In this document: piece by piece, positions 9,736-19,517 of the stretch
Layout of the letters: each line of letters starts with the position of its first letter
Position numbering within the stretch: position 1 is the stretch's first letter
Sequence record: MT833283.1
Source: Escherichia coli phage vB_EcoS_Ace
Reading direction: 5' to 3' (one strand)
Length of the DNA: 64,000 bases
Position numbers and translations under genes: made by a program
Notes under the pieces: model-generated
What the model saw: the letters and a program-made list of their open reading frames with translations, nothing else
The model's database searches: none
What the model was told of the DNA's origin: nothing

Positions 9736-10476
9736 TGTGCAAATCCGACATTTGCCCCCACGGATTACGTGCCAGTGTGCATGTGCGAATCCGACAATTT
9801 TTGGTAGTGTGCAAATCCGATGGGAAATATTTTTTATATGTGCGAATCCGACAATGAATTTTCCTAAAAACTCCAGCAATCCACAACTGCGATGCAATCC
9901 AGCTGGATTTACTAGAATATGTGCAAATACGACAAGTGTTAAGGTGTGCAAAACCGACAAGATTTTTGTGACTTCGATGAGAGGGTGTATGATTGTGTGA
10001 GTTTGGGGAGAAGTGCGAATCCGACGAGGTTTTTGGGAGGAACTATGGAGGGTGCAGCTGTGGTGGTGCTTCAGCACCGGTTTGCTGCGTTTTTGGGGAT
10101 AATGTGGGATGTTTTGGCTAGAATTGAGATTAGTGGAGATAAAGCGAAATTTTATTAGCAAAATGGGGCAAAATCGCTTGACAAGTGAAAATTCCTGTGG
10201 CTCTAAAAACTCAGGCAAATACGGGCCTTCGGCCCGAAATAATGCTGCTATTTTCAGTGTTCCTAAAAACTTTGGAGACTCCTATCAATGTGCAAATCCG
10301 ACCATAAATTTCTAGAAACATAGTGTGCAAATCCGACAGTAAAATCCAGAAATGTGTTTTGGAAAAATGTTGTCTAGAAATAACCGCCCTCCCCATAACC
10401 GCCCTGTATTAAACCGCCTATTGCTGGAGTTTCTAGGAACAGGAGAAACTGCCCTATAACATGGGCAAATACGACA
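9736..10476. repeat. iteron-like array, about 10 same-orientation copies of 15-bp motif TGTGCRAATCCGACA
   Basis: copies start near 9736, 9782, 9808, 9839, 9920, 9945, 10012, 10289, 10324, 10463; irregular spacing; interleaved TTCCTAAAAAC/TCTAGAAA motifs and three AACCGCC repeats at 10381-10420. Confidence 0.65.
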
Positions 10477-10813
10477 GGGTTTTCCTAGAAACTTAGGAGT
10501 CTACTAGAAAGTGTTGTGCCATCCTAGGAAGAGTGGCGGCAACAAGTGTATCATCTTGAATGTGAATTATGTGGTCAAAAGTTTTACCTTTAATTTAAGT
10601 ATAAGATCCCCAAGGATTGTGAGAGATGCTCCACCCCTGGGATACGAATTGCGTGAGATGGTACAAAACTTCTGAAGATTTCCCTAGCCCTCCGACGAGC
10701 TACGGGGGAAATAGAAGTTTCCCATCCACCATCCGTATCCGGGTGGATCTCTTTATTCTATGTTATTTCATAGAGTTATTATAACATGCAGAAATCATAA
10801 CGTCAAGTAGAGT

Positions 10814-11704
10814 TTATTCATCGAACATGAGGTTTCCTTTCATCCCCATCTCCGCATACTCCATGAGTTCTCCTAGGGATCTCACAGGGTAATCTACTTT
10901 ACTGAAGTTATCATAGATCTTACATGAACTCTCGTACAACTCGTTAGGTATCTGCAATTTGTTATCAGTTAGCTTCTCATAACGTGTAGAAGATTTTGTA
11001 CCTTCAAACAGAACTGCAATAACTGCGGCGATTTGTTTGGTAAGATCATCTGCTCCTAGAATTATTCTATTAATAGCAATCGTTACTTCATGCTTAGGTT
11101 TCACAGGTGGAAGGATAGGCTTGAGATCCTTAGGTAAAGGTTCTGTTCCTAGGAATCCTTCTTTTGTGCGGAACCAATAATTATCTAGATCAGATATTGT
11201 CTTAGACTTATTCCATATAGTGAAGCAAGGTTTATTTCCTTCACGATCTCTGTATTCACGAACTGGAAGATAATGATCAGGGAATGAGTTGAGTGCATCA
11301 TGCATTGGTGAGCCTGTCTTTTTAAATGACAAACCGTACAACTCATTATAATTCATAACTTCATCTTCATAAACATGGAAATCTTTATATGCTGGAAGAT
11401 TAAACCATTCCTGAAGTGAATGAACTGCAAAACGTTGTGCCCAAGCATGCATCACAAGAACTCTGTACTCTTTTACTTCATCTTTTGGAGAAGTACCTCT
11501 AACTGTTCTAGCTGACCGAATACAGAACATCTCAACAACACGTTTCTCGTTTAAAGAAAGCTCAGAGTAACAACGTTCATGGCAACCTTCTAGCATTTCT
11601 AGAAGTTCACATAGTTTCTCTACATCGACCGGTGGAAAAGGTCTCTCTTCCACCGCGAATTTACCAACTACACCTTTCGGCTTTCTATTACTATAAAATC
11701 CCAT
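10814..11704 (-). CDS. hypothetical protein (296 aa)
   Basis: ORF in track; stop/start overlap with next gene on same strand. Confidence 0.55.
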   Translation of the reverse strand: MGFYSNRKPKGVVGKFAVEERPFPPVDVEKLCELLEMLEGCHERCYSELSLNEKRVVEMFCIRSARTVRGTSPKDEVKEYRVLVMHAWAQRFAVHSLQEWFNLPAYKDFHVYEDEVMNYNELYGLSFKKTGSPMHDALNSFPDHYLPVREYRDREGNKPCFTIWNKSKTISDLDNYWFRTKEGFLGTEPLPKDLKPILPPVKPKHEVTIAINRIILGADDLTKQIAAVIAVLFEGTKSSTRYEKLTDNKLQIPNELYESSCKIYDNFSKVDYPVRSLGELMEYAEMGMKGNLMFDE

Positions 11705-12315
11705 TAACGACCTCTAGCCTTATCTGCATCAATAGCTTCGAATACTTTCGTTAACATTTCTTCAAGCTCACCTTCTTTGCTAGGATTGCTCAAACGAATT
11801 GTGTATGAGTTCCTAGAAACTCCGGAGTCTTCTTGTGCTCCGCGATCTTTTGCAAAGCCCATCATTGCAACGCCAGCTTTATTCCACTCGTCTACGCTAG
11901 ATGCTTCCCCAAATTTATATGATTGCGTATTGCTTACCACGCCACCACAAGGAACATTGTGCATATCCGACATTAATCTTTTATCGGAATTATTCAGCAT
12001 TGCGATTGGTCCTGACTGCCACGGATCCCGAATAGTCACTGGAGTACTAGGGCGATTCACCTCAGTCTTCACGAGTTTGTATCCAGCATCGATTAGTGCA
12101 TTAATTAGATTATCAGCCGGGATGCGAGCCGTGCCAAAGATAGCACGAGCATTCATGAGCTTAGCCTGAAATTCCTTGCAACCTTGAAGATCAGTGTGCA
12201 AAAACGACAGTTGCATAGATTTAAACTGTACTGTAGCAGTCAGATCTTTAAAGCTGTAATCCCATGTGTCGAGTTCATGATCTGCTACTACTTTAATGGT
12301 TTGTTGTGTAAACAT
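11704..12315 (-). CDS. hypothetical protein (203 aa)
   Basis: ORF in track. Confidence 0.55.
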   Translation of the reverse strand: MFTQQTIKVVADHELDTWDYSFKDLTATVQFKSMQLSFLHTDLQGCKEFQAKLMNARAIFGTARIPADNLINALIDAGYKLVKTEVNRPSTPVTIRDPWQSGPIAMLNNSDKRLMSDMHNVPCGGVVSNTQSYKFGEASSVDEWNKAGVAMMGFAKDRGAQEDSGVSRNSYTIRLSNPSKEGELEEMLTKVFEAIDADKARGR

Positions 12316-12420
12316 TATTTATTCTCCAGTTTATCTAACAGCTTACAAGCTGCGATATTGTGTTGTTTAATTTCTCGGTTAAGAATTTCATTTTCACTAT
12401 TTAATTCTAGATTCTTAACG

Positions 12421-12969
12421 TTAAGGCGACTGCAAATCAGTATCAGCCCCAGGATTGTCAGGAGTGACACGCCAAGTATTACTAGTAATAAGGTTTCCAT
12501 CGTTTTTCCTCAATTCTTGTTTTAACTTTTGATCTTTATTATACCAAATTATATGCTCACCGTCAACTACAAATTTGTGGAAAGGTGCTGGTACGGTGTA
12601 CACTCCATATTCTGTTAAGCGTGTTACAACTTTATGAGCACATAATCGGCAACCATGTCCTTCTAAGTGAGACCGTGCAGTTTGTAAGAAGTAACCATCG
12701 TGATCTGGGCAATAGATCTCAACCTGCTGTTGCATAGTTCTATACTTAACTCTTTCATATCCAAAGAACTTACCATGTGCTTCTACAGCTCTCCTAATAA
12801 AAATAAGATTAAGTGCATCTTGCTGGAAATCTGGATGAAGTTGTTTGAGCTTAGTTCTATTAATAGATCCATCTGATTTAGTGAATCTATTTATGGGGAA
12901 TTGTAATGCTTCCTCATAAAGTAATTCGTTTATTTTATCTCTCATAGTATACACGAAAGGCCAGAACAA
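12421..12969 (-). CDS. hypothetical protein (182 aa) with Cys/His cluster
   Basis: ORF in track; CPDHDG...HGCRLCAH cluster. Confidence 0.5.
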   Translation of the reverse strand: MFWPFVYTMRDKINELLYEEALQFPINRFTKSDGSINRTKLKQLHPDFQQDALNLIFIRRAVEAHGKFFGYERVKYRTMQQQVEIYCPDHDGYFLQTARSHLEGHGCRLCAHKVVTRLTEYGVYTVPAPFHKFVVDGEHIIWYNKDQKLKQELRKNDGNLITSNTWRVTPDNPGADTDLQSP

Positions 12970-12989
12970 TTAAGTCCTGGCCTCTAGGA

Positions 12990-13373
12990 TTAGTGAAGTT
13001 GCTTGCCGTTTAAGGCCATATCAGCAGTTTCCAGAAGAGATTCGGTAATCTCACGAGAAACTAGATATTCATCAATTGAGTGGCGGCGTTTATAGGCATA
13101 AGCATTAACAATCAGATCTAGAGCACCAAGAACATCATGAACAGTTACTTCTTCATTATTATCTAGCTCTTCTTGTGTAATCTCAATTAACTGGCCAACT
13201 GCCATTAAAAGCCCAAGAATATCTGCTGTTTCACCTGCCACCAGCGGATTAGCACATCCTACTGTAAGATCGAAAGCATGATTGACAATTGACTGTCCAT
13301 CAACGCTTCCTTCCTCAATCTGCTTCTCCAACTGCTTCATCTGCTCTAGCACTGGATTTTTCTTTTGTGTCAT
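12990..13373 (-). CDS. acidic hypothetical protein (127 aa)
   Basis: ORF in track; start may be an internal Met because of overlap with upstream ORF. Confidence 0.45.
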   Translation of the reverse strand: MTQKKNPVLEQMKQLEKQIEEGSVDGQSIVNHAFDLTVGCANPLVAGETADILGLLMAVGQLIEITQEELDNNEEVTVHDVLGALDLIVNAYAYKRRHSIDEYLVSREITESLLETADMALNGKQLH

Positions 13374-13782
13374 GGTAAAGATTTCCTGTATCAGTTGGAA
13401 GGAATGCCGACTGTGCCTTCGGCGGATGTTGTTTAGCGATCCAGTTGAGGATCAGTACACGGCTAGGAACGATATCAGTGTTATACCAGAAGTCATGAAC
13501 CCAATGTCGTGCATCTTCGAACTTACCGAACTTATACGCTTTCTTAAACAGTTCAAAACCAAAACAATCAGGTGCAAAATCTACATCACGATAAGGAATT
13601 ACCTTAGAACCGGTGAGATCTTGAATCGCAGCGTTAATCTCTGTATGCGAGAACTTCGTTTCATGGAAAGTATTAAAGAAGCGGTAATTAAAACGTCCGT
13701 TCGTTTCGACAAACAACTGGATGAATAAATCATTAAATTGGCCATCAAACCAGTAATTCTGTAATCTTTGCAGTGCTGTCAT
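13315..13782 (-). CDS. hypothetical protein (155 aa)
   Basis: ORF in track. Confidence 0.5.
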   Translation of the reverse strand: MTALQRLQNYWFDGQFNDLFIQLFVETNGRFNYRFFNTFHETKFSHTEINAAIQDLTGSKVIPYRDVDFAPDCFGFELFKKAYKFGKFEDARHWVHDFWYNTDIVPSRVLILNWIAKQHPPKAQSAFLPTDTGNLYHDTKEKSSARADEAVGEAD

Positions 13783-13979
13783 TTACGAACTCCATTTATT
13801 GCTGCGATAACGCCTTCATACATGAAAGGAAGAACTTGTGAAATGTGGAAATCTTGAACTGTCCAACCAGCTTCTTGATACATAATATTAATGATTGCAC
13901 AGCTTAGCATGAAGGCTGGCAGGATTATGAAGTAATCCCATGTTGCTTTTTGCAACCGAGGGTTATAAAAATTGATCAT
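13779..13979 (-). CDS. small hydrophobic protein (66 aa)
   Basis: ORF in track; overlapping stop/start with neighbour. Confidence 0.4.
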   Translation of the reverse strand: MINFYNPRLQKATWDYFIILPAFMLSCAIINIMYQEAGWTVQDFHISQVLPFMYEGVIAAINGVRK

Positions 13980-14079
13980 CTGTTTTTAAGTCTCCTTATT
14001 ACTTTGGCCTGCTCCACGATAATGAAAACGGCAACCACTAAACCGAAGACTAGGATTGCCGTAACAGTTGATAATTCAA

Positions 14080-14409
14080 TCACGGGAGGCGCCATTTGTA
14101 ATGGGCTGTCCAGAGGGTTTCTGGTTCATCGTCGTGGTGCATAACCAGAGAAGCTGGAGAATAGCTATCCGCGTACTCTTTACGGATCATTTCACGTTCT
14201 TCACCAGTCTCGATATCTTTAACAATTACCTTCAGTTGAAGTGGTGGTAATTCAGATAGTGGACGCCAGAAATCTTCCAACGTACCTTCTAGCTTTCCAC
14301 GAATCCGCCCGAGAACTTCGGTAGTTTGGGCATCTGTCTGGATGAAACCATCAGTAACAAAACCCAGGAACTCGTGCAGTAAAGTTGCTTCTAAGTGATT
14401 AAGCTTCAT
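14080..14409 (-). CDS. hypothetical protein (109 aa)
   Basis: ORF in track. Confidence 0.5.
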   Translation of the reverse strand: MKLNHLEATLLHEFLGFVTDGFIQTDAQTTEVLGRIRGKLEGTLEDFWRPLSELPPLQLKVIVKDIETGEEREMIRKEYADSYSPASLVMHHDDEPETLWTAHYKWRLP

Positions 14410-14644
14410 CTTTCAGGATATCCTCGATTAGGTCAGAAGATTGCTGGATTTCGTCGATAATACGTTTAACATTAGTCTTAGTGATCTTACCTGCAATCAT
14501 CGTGAGAACTAATGCAACGATAAGAACCGGAACTGGAATAATAAACAGTGCTACTTTCGCAACGTTCTTAATAGACCAAGTGTGGTACTTTTGAACCAGA
14601 ACCGCAGTAACAACAAGGTACATCGCTAGGAGGAACATAATCAT
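14399..14644 (-). CDS. membrane protein (81 aa)
   Basis: ORF in track; two hydrophobic segments. Confidence 0.5.
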   Translation of the reverse strand: MIMFLLAMYLVVTAVLVQKYHTWSIKNVAKVALFIIPVPVLIVALVLTMIAGKITKTNVKRIIDEIQQSSDLIEDILKDEA

Positions 14645-14922
14645 TTCTTAATCTCCGTAATAATCTGTGCGCGTAGTATTTTAACGGGCAGTTTAACGTT
14701 TCCAGCTAGGGATTCGATGTTTGTGAGCTTTTCTTTCAGAAGGTCTGAACGTCTTTGTGCGTCCTCAATATCCTTCTCAGCAGCTACATACTTCTCCCAG
14801 AGACCATTATTGGTAAGCTTCATAGCTTCCATATTTTTATTAGCATTAATAATGCCGATTATACCACCGATTGCTGCTATTGTTGTAATTACTAGCAATC
14901 CAATTAGAATTTCTGTTATCAT
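14641..14922 (-). CDS. membrane-anchored coiled-coil protein (93 aa)
   Basis: ORF in track; N-terminal TM segment. Confidence 0.5.
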   Translation of the reverse strand: MITEILIGLLVITTIAAIGGIIGIINANKNMEAMKLTNNGLWEKYVAAEKDIEDAQRRSDLLKEKLTNIESLAGNVKLPVKILRAQIITEIKK

Positions 14923-15152
14923 TTAACTACTCCATGACCACACTCAATATATGGGCTTATAGTTCTATAGAACGTGATTTTTTCTAAAGATTGGTCAATT
15001 GATTTACAAAATCTTTTGGCCTCTTCAATTTGATGCTTTATTTCTTCTAAATCCTTTAGAACATGCGCATCTTTTATTTCAGCACCTGAATATGCCGAGA
15101 GAGCTTTATCAAACTCTGCTTGATTAAGCACAAGGTTTGCTTCTGCGAGCAT
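14919..15152 (-). CDS. hypothetical protein (77 aa)
   Basis: ORF in track. Confidence 0.45.
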   Translation of the reverse strand: MLAEANLVLNQAEFDKALSAYSGAEIKDAHVLKDLEEIKHQIEEAKRFCKSIDQSLEKITFYRTISPYIECGHGVVK

Positions 15153-15316
15153 TTTATTACGTTCTGCCTGTGCTTTAATTTCAGGGCTAATATATACTTG
15201 TTTAAGAGCTTATTGCTTTTCACGTTGGTTGAGCATATAGTCTGTTACACCGAGCGTGATAGCTACAGAAACTAGGGCATTCAGCCCTAGTACAAGCAAG
15301 AATTTTCCGTTAGTCA

Positions 15317-15568
15317 TTATTTCTTACCTTTCAGTTGTTTAACTTCACGCTCAAAGGAAGCTGCACGACGTTCAGCAGTTGCCTGATGCTCTTTCGCAAA
15401 ACGTGCTTCTTGTTTAGCGAGATTGAATGCCATAGCGTTCTTGTTCAGAGAATCATACATCTTCTTCATTGCCGGAATGGACATCTTCATCAGCTGACCT
15501 TCCAGACCCTGCATATCCAGCAGGATAGCCAGTACGTTTGCCATTTCGTTTTTAGTCATGTTTTCCAT
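15317..15568 (-). CDS. hypothetical protein (about 83 aa)
   Basis: track ORF trimmed to ATG at 15568, which sits 6-8 nt after the GAGAGG Shine-Dalgarno of the promoter cassette at 15601-15629. Confidence 0.55.
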   Translation of the reverse strand: MENMTKNEMANVLAILLDMQGLEGQLMKMSIPAMKKMYDSLNKNAMAFNLAKQEARFAKEHQATAERRAASFEREVKQLKGKK

Positions 15569-15600
15569 GTTTGAATCCTCTCTCATTAATTTATGAAGCT

Positions 15601-15629
15601 ATTATACAGCATTCTGAAGCATCAAGCAA
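15601..15629 (-). promoter_or_regulatory. sigma70 promoter (-10 TATAAT, 17-bp spacer, -35 TTGCTT-like), T5 early-promoter type
   Basis: read on minus strand; followed by conserved leader and GAGAGG SD. Confidence 0.6.
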
Positions 15630-15646
15630 GTGAATTTTTAAATTAA

Positions 15647-16078
15647 TTACCAGTCATTCACAAAACCGGAGAACTCAGAAGCAAATACCATTTCAAACTT
15701 TTCCGCAATCTCAGGATAATCTTTGCAGATCAGTTCGATGCACTTCTCAGGTTCCATACCATCTTCTTCAGGATCACCGTAATACTTGTCCCAAAGATCA
15801 TCAGGTATAACTTGCTCAGCCAGATCTTGGAAGTTCACTAACTGATAGCGTGGAGTATCTTCATTAATAAAGATCTCGTGTAACTCCTCAGATACTTCTC
15901 CCTTATAATCGGAAATTAGCAGAGCATTACAAGCAAAACATTCCCACATCATCAAACGTTCAGAAATAGGGTTTGATTTGTCTTGAACATAGGTCTGGAA
16001 GACTGCTCTAAAAGTAGCTTTAACTTGTTCAAACTTATCTGCTGCTGCGATTAAAAGTGCTTTATCAACCTTTTGCAT
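15647..16078 (-). CDS. hypothetical protein (143 aa)
   Basis: ORF in track; promoter cassette immediately upstream. Confidence 0.55.
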   Translation of the reverse strand: MQKVDKALLIAAADKFEQVKATFRAVFQTYVQDKSNPISERLMMWECFACNALLISDYKGEVSEELHEIFINEDTPRYQLVNFQDLAEQVIPDDLWDKYYGDPEEDGMEPEKCIELICKDYPEIAEKFEMVFASEFSGFVNDW

Positions 16079-16108
16079 TTTGTTTCCTTCTCATCAATTT
16101 ATAAAGTA

Positions 16109-16137
16109 ATTATACAGAAATTAAGGCGTTTTAGCAA
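16109..16137 (-). promoter_or_regulatory. sigma70 promoter (TATAAT / TTGCTA)
   Basis: minus strand; 17-bp spacer. Confidence 0.6.
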
Positions 16138-16239
16138 GTGAAGTTTTAAAATAAAAGGCCTAATCCTAGGCCAGTAAAGAAAGAAATAAGAACTACTATT
16201 GCTATCGCAATAAATATTTCACGAGCCATTCCATCAAAA

Positions 16240-16830
16240 TCAAACATTCGTTTCACCTCGCAGTACAGCAGCCACATCTTCCCCTATTTGTAGAACTTCT
16301 CCAGTAGTGGCGTTAACCACTTTGTCATAGCTTGTAAACTTGCCAGACACGATATCTTCTAAGGGAATCGGTGTCTTACTCATTTCAAATGAGACGTTGA
16401 TATAACGTGGGTCACGCACAGAATTGGTGTGCACATGTCCATGAATGTTCAGCTTACCACGAAGTTCCTCTGGGTGTAAAGGACAATGTGACAGCCAAAA
16501 CTTCTTGCCACCACCTGTTTGCTTACCTAGAGCCTGAATATCATCATAAACGTCTATAAGATCTTTAATATGCAGACCCTGACGTTCAGCATCGTGGTTG
16601 CCCATAATAAGCTGGTTAGGAACGTTGTGGATAACCGACTTCAACTTGGCCAACCCTTCTCGCCCCACGGCACTATCTCCTAGCAGCACAAGTTTTGTAC
16701 GCTTGCCAATGTGCTTGGACAAAGTATCCAGAATATATTCGTCATGCTCTTTCATGTTCTTAAACCACGGACGGAAGCGAAGAGTTCCAGGGTGGTCTAA
16801 GTGCAACTCCGACCAGAATTTAACTTTCAT
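16240..16830 (-). CDS. calcineurin-like metallophosphoesterase (196 aa)
   Basis: motifs LGDSAVG, MGNHDAE, HGHVH. Confidence 0.65.
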   Translation of the reverse strand: MKVKFWSELHLDHPGTLRFRPWFKNMKEHDEYILDTLSKHIGKRTKLVLLGDSAVGREGLAKLKSVIHNVPNQLIMGNHDAERQGLHIKDLIDVYDDIQALGKQTGGGKKFWLSHCPLHPEELRGKLNIHGHVHTNSVRDPRYINVSFEMSKTPIPLEDIVSGKFTSYDKVVNATTGEVLQIGEDVAAVLRGETNV

Positions 16831-17036
16831 TATTTATTCCTTACACATGTGGATGTAATAGTATAACTATCGTAGAATATACCTTTTGTGAGTCCAATTT
16901 GAATACTGGAATAATCTAGCTCACCTCCAGCTACATCACATAAGTGTTTTGTATCTTCTGCAGTAAATCTCATATTATCATCGTAGGAATCACATCCAGC
17001 TAGTATTAGTACTGATAATAGTAGTAATCTCTTCAT
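16830..17036 (-). CDS. small lipoprotein (68 aa)
   Basis: signal peptide with lipobox ILAGC. Confidence 0.5.
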   Translation of the reverse strand: MKRLLLLSVLILAGCDSYDDNMRFTAEDTKHLCDVAGGELDYSSIQIGLTKGIFYDSYTITSTCVRNK

Positions 17037-17404
17037 TACAGAACTTCCTCCGCATATTTATTCCAACCCTGACAATAACTACTAATACCACGAAGTTTGA
17101 ATATTTCATCATAAACCTCATGGTGCTCTTTCGCTTCTTGATATCCTTTGTCAAGTTCTTCCTGTCGTGCTTGCTCAAAATCAACACGATTCTCTAGCAT
17201 TTTCCAGACTTCTTCGTACTCTGGCCAATCATGCTCTACCACGACGGTTTTGAGATCTTCTTTACCACGTTGTGCTCGACTATACCATAGTTTGGACAAG
17301 ATATGTTCCAAAGTGGTAAAGTTACTCTGAGTGATATGCCCTAATTCTAGGGCTTTCTCAATATCAGACAGCTTTATAACTACATAACGTTCTTCACGTT
17401 CCAT
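17036..17404 (-). CDS. hypothetical protein (122 aa)
   Basis: ORF in track. Confidence 0.5.
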   Translation of the reverse strand: MEREERYVVIKLSDIEKALELGHITQSNFTTLEHILSKLWYSRAQRGKEDLKTVVVEHDWPEYEEVWKMLENRVDFEQARQEELDKGYQEAKEHHEVYDEIFKLRGISSYCQGWNKYAEEVL

Positions 17405-18282
17405 TATAGAATCCTCTGTACACCACAGCTATCATCTTTGTCAGTGGTAAATGTCATAATCTTACCAGCTTCATCATTAACTTGCGCAACCGTCAACTGC
17501 CCGTTGAAAACACCGCCAGTATCGAGATAAACACGGTTCTTGTACAGAATTGGGTAAGGAACATCAGTGTGACCATGGAATACGAAATCTACACTTTCAA
17601 CTTCTGGCACTTCCACAGTCAGTTCATCTTTAAATCCTGCATAACGCTGGAAATAGGGGTGCTCTGCACCTTGCTTAGACAGATGAAAACCAATTTCCTG
17701 AATTACATCACGATCCCATAGATATGGCTCAATGTAATAACTAGGATGATCATTAGGATCATTTTCACTTGCAGCGATATGATCAATAATATCGTCCCAA
17801 TTAGGTGTATGTACATCGAATCCCGCATCTTTATATTGGAATGGTATTCCACCATGAACAACACCGTATTTCTTGCCACGATGGAGTACAGTCATGAATA
17901 CTGGCATTTTAACTGCCATATCTTCTGCGATACCTTTAATTGTATCGGTATCCAGATCATTCATTGCCCACATTCCACCATTATACATCCAGTTGGCATA
18001 GTCACCAGCAATCATAAACTGATCATGGTTGCCACGAACGCTACGGAAGCGTGGGTTATATAAGAATTTGGCTAGAACCTGTAAGTTCTGCGGGCCACGG
18101 TCAATTAGGTCGCCAACACAGACAACATAATCACGCTTCTCTTTATACCCTGCTAGTTTAAGAGCATCTTCCAGCATATCATTACAGCCGTGAATATCTC
18201 CTACGAAGAACAGGTTAACATCATCTGGTACTACTAACATTTCATGCAGGTTAAATTCTTTTTTCATTATCGAGTCATCCAA
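17404..18282 (-). CDS. Ser/Thr protein phosphatase (PPP family, lambda-PPase-like)
   Basis: motifs GDIHGC, GDLIDRG, RGNHD. Confidence 0.7.
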   Translation of the reverse strand: MDDSIMKKEFNLHEMLVVPDDVNLFFVGDIHGCNDMLEDALKLAGYKEKRDYVVCVGDLIDRGPQNLQVLAKFLYNPRFRSVRGNHDQFMIAGDYANWMYNGGMWAMNDLDTDTIKGIAEDMAVKMPVFMTVLHRGKKYGVVHGGIPFQYKDAGFDVHTPNWDDIIDHIAASENDPNDHPSYYIEPYLWDRDVIQEIGFHLSKQGAEHPYFQRYAGFKDELTVEVPEVESVDFVFHGHTDVPYPILYKNRVYLDTGGVFNGQLTVAQVNDEAGKIMTFTTDKDDSCGVQRIL

Positions 18283-18647
18283 TTAGTGTGTTTTTCAGCT
18301 TCTGTATCGTTTGGCTCAAAGACAACGTGACAGTCTACTGCTTCCCAGAAAGATTGACGGATGATAGCATTTTGTTCTGCAATATCCAACTCTTCCCATT
18401 CTTCAAGTGTTTCTAGATCTGTATCAACTTCGGTATCACAGCCCACCAGCCCCAGAGTAACAACAATAGTAACACGGCCTTCACGTTCTTCGGGATAAGC
18501 CTCAGCATATTCCCAAGCAGCTTGCTCAACATAATATTCTTGCTCCTTTTCAGGCAGTGACCTATATTTTTCTTCTGTGATTCCCATTTCTACAGCACGA
18601 GTACCACAGACCACGTTGTTATGTATTATAAGATATGCGTAATTCAA
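18267..18647 (-). CDS. hypothetical protein (126 aa)
   Basis: ORF in track; probable TTG start 7 nt after GAGAGGAG SD. Confidence 0.5.
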   Translation of the reverse strand: MNYAYLIIHNNVVCGTRAVEMGITEEKYRSLPEKEQEYYVEQAAWEYAEAYPEEREGRVTIVVTLGLVGCDTEVDTDLETLEEWEELDIAEQNAIIRQSFWEAVDCHVVFEPNDTEAEKHTNWMTR

Positions 18648-18678
18648 TGTGATACTCCTCTCATCAATTTATACATAT

Positions 18679-18707
18679 ATTATATCAAAATTTTTAGCAG
18701 AAAGCAA
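18679..18707 (-). promoter_or_regulatory. sigma70 promoter (TATAAT / TTGCTT)
   Basis: minus strand; 17-bp spacer. Confidence 0.6.
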
Positions 18708-18748
18708 GTAATAAAAAAGCCTAGTCAGCTAAGACTAGGCTTTGGGTA

Positions 18749-19039
18749 TTAATCTTCTGGATTATCTTCCAGGAAGTTTTTGATTGCATCGTGCATAGTT
18801 TCCTTACGAAGCTGACGACCAATCAGAATGTGGTTGGCTTCCACACGACCATTCGGGAGACGATCTGCTAGAACTACTACAGGAACCTGACGAACGCCAA
18901 ATTTCTGCATAAGTTCTGTGTTATCAGTCTCTTTATGAACTTCTAGACTGTAGTCCTGTACTACTTTATCAAATACAGGCTCGAACATTTTGCACGGATT
19001 GCAGGTAGATCCCTTTAATAGATATACTAATTTACTCAT
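18749..19039 (-). CDS. thioredoxin/glutaredoxin-like protein (96 aa)
   Basis: CxxC motif (CNPC) near N-terminus in a thioredoxin-like context. Confidence 0.5.
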   Translation of the reverse strand: MSKLVYLLKGSTCNPCKMFEPVFDKVVQDYSLEVHKETDNTELMQKFGVRQVPVVVLADRLPNGRVEANHILIGRQLRKETMHDAIKNFLEDNPED

Positions 19040-19442
19040 GTTTATTAATGGCCTCCAAAAATGCCTTCATCACTTTAACAGTTGCAGTGCTAAGATCTAA
19101 GGTAGCACCTAAGCACTCAGATACAGCAGCCTGATAAGGGGCTTTTAGCCTGCCTTCCGGTACTTGTACTTTCTTATAGGTTTTCTTTTTGACTTTATCC
19201 AGCATCGTTTCAAGAACATTGAGAGGCAACTTCTGACCTTCAATATTCACGCCAAGCTCTTCCATTAGCATGGTATTTAAGTCAATACGAGTAAGTTTCT
19301 TGCCATTGCTAGACATACGAATTCCCGCCTTTTTCTCAAGTTTTGCACGCTCTGGTGAATCGAGGTCACGTAATGCGATGTTCAATTCATACGGAGCCAT
19401 ATTGTAATGGTTAGCCATCTGAGTATAGTAACGATCTGACAT
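19032..19442 (-). CDS. hypothetical protein (136 aa)
   Basis: ORF in track; promoter cassette upstream. Confidence 0.5.
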   Translation of the reverse strand: MSDRYYTQMANHYNMAPYELNIALRDLDSPERAKLEKKAGIRMSSNGKKLTRIDLNTMLMEELGVNIEGQKLPLNVLETMLDKVKKKTYKKVQVPEGRLKAPYQAAVSECLGATLDLSTATVKVMKAFLEAINKHE

Positions 19443-19475
19443 TTGTGAAACTCCTCTGATTCAATTTATACAAAT

Positions 19476-19504
19476 ATTATATAAAAATTTCAGCGGAAAG
19501 TCAA
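19476..19504 (-). promoter_or_regulatory. sigma70 promoter (TATAAT / TTGACT)
   Basis: minus strand; 17-bp spacer. Confidence 0.6.
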
Positions 19505-19517
19505 CTACTTTTTTATA

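Noticed and set aside
9540-10520. Possible CRISPR array
   Set aside because: Repeat units are short (about 15 bp), of several families and irregularly spaced, with no uniform repeat/spacer periodicity and no cas genes.
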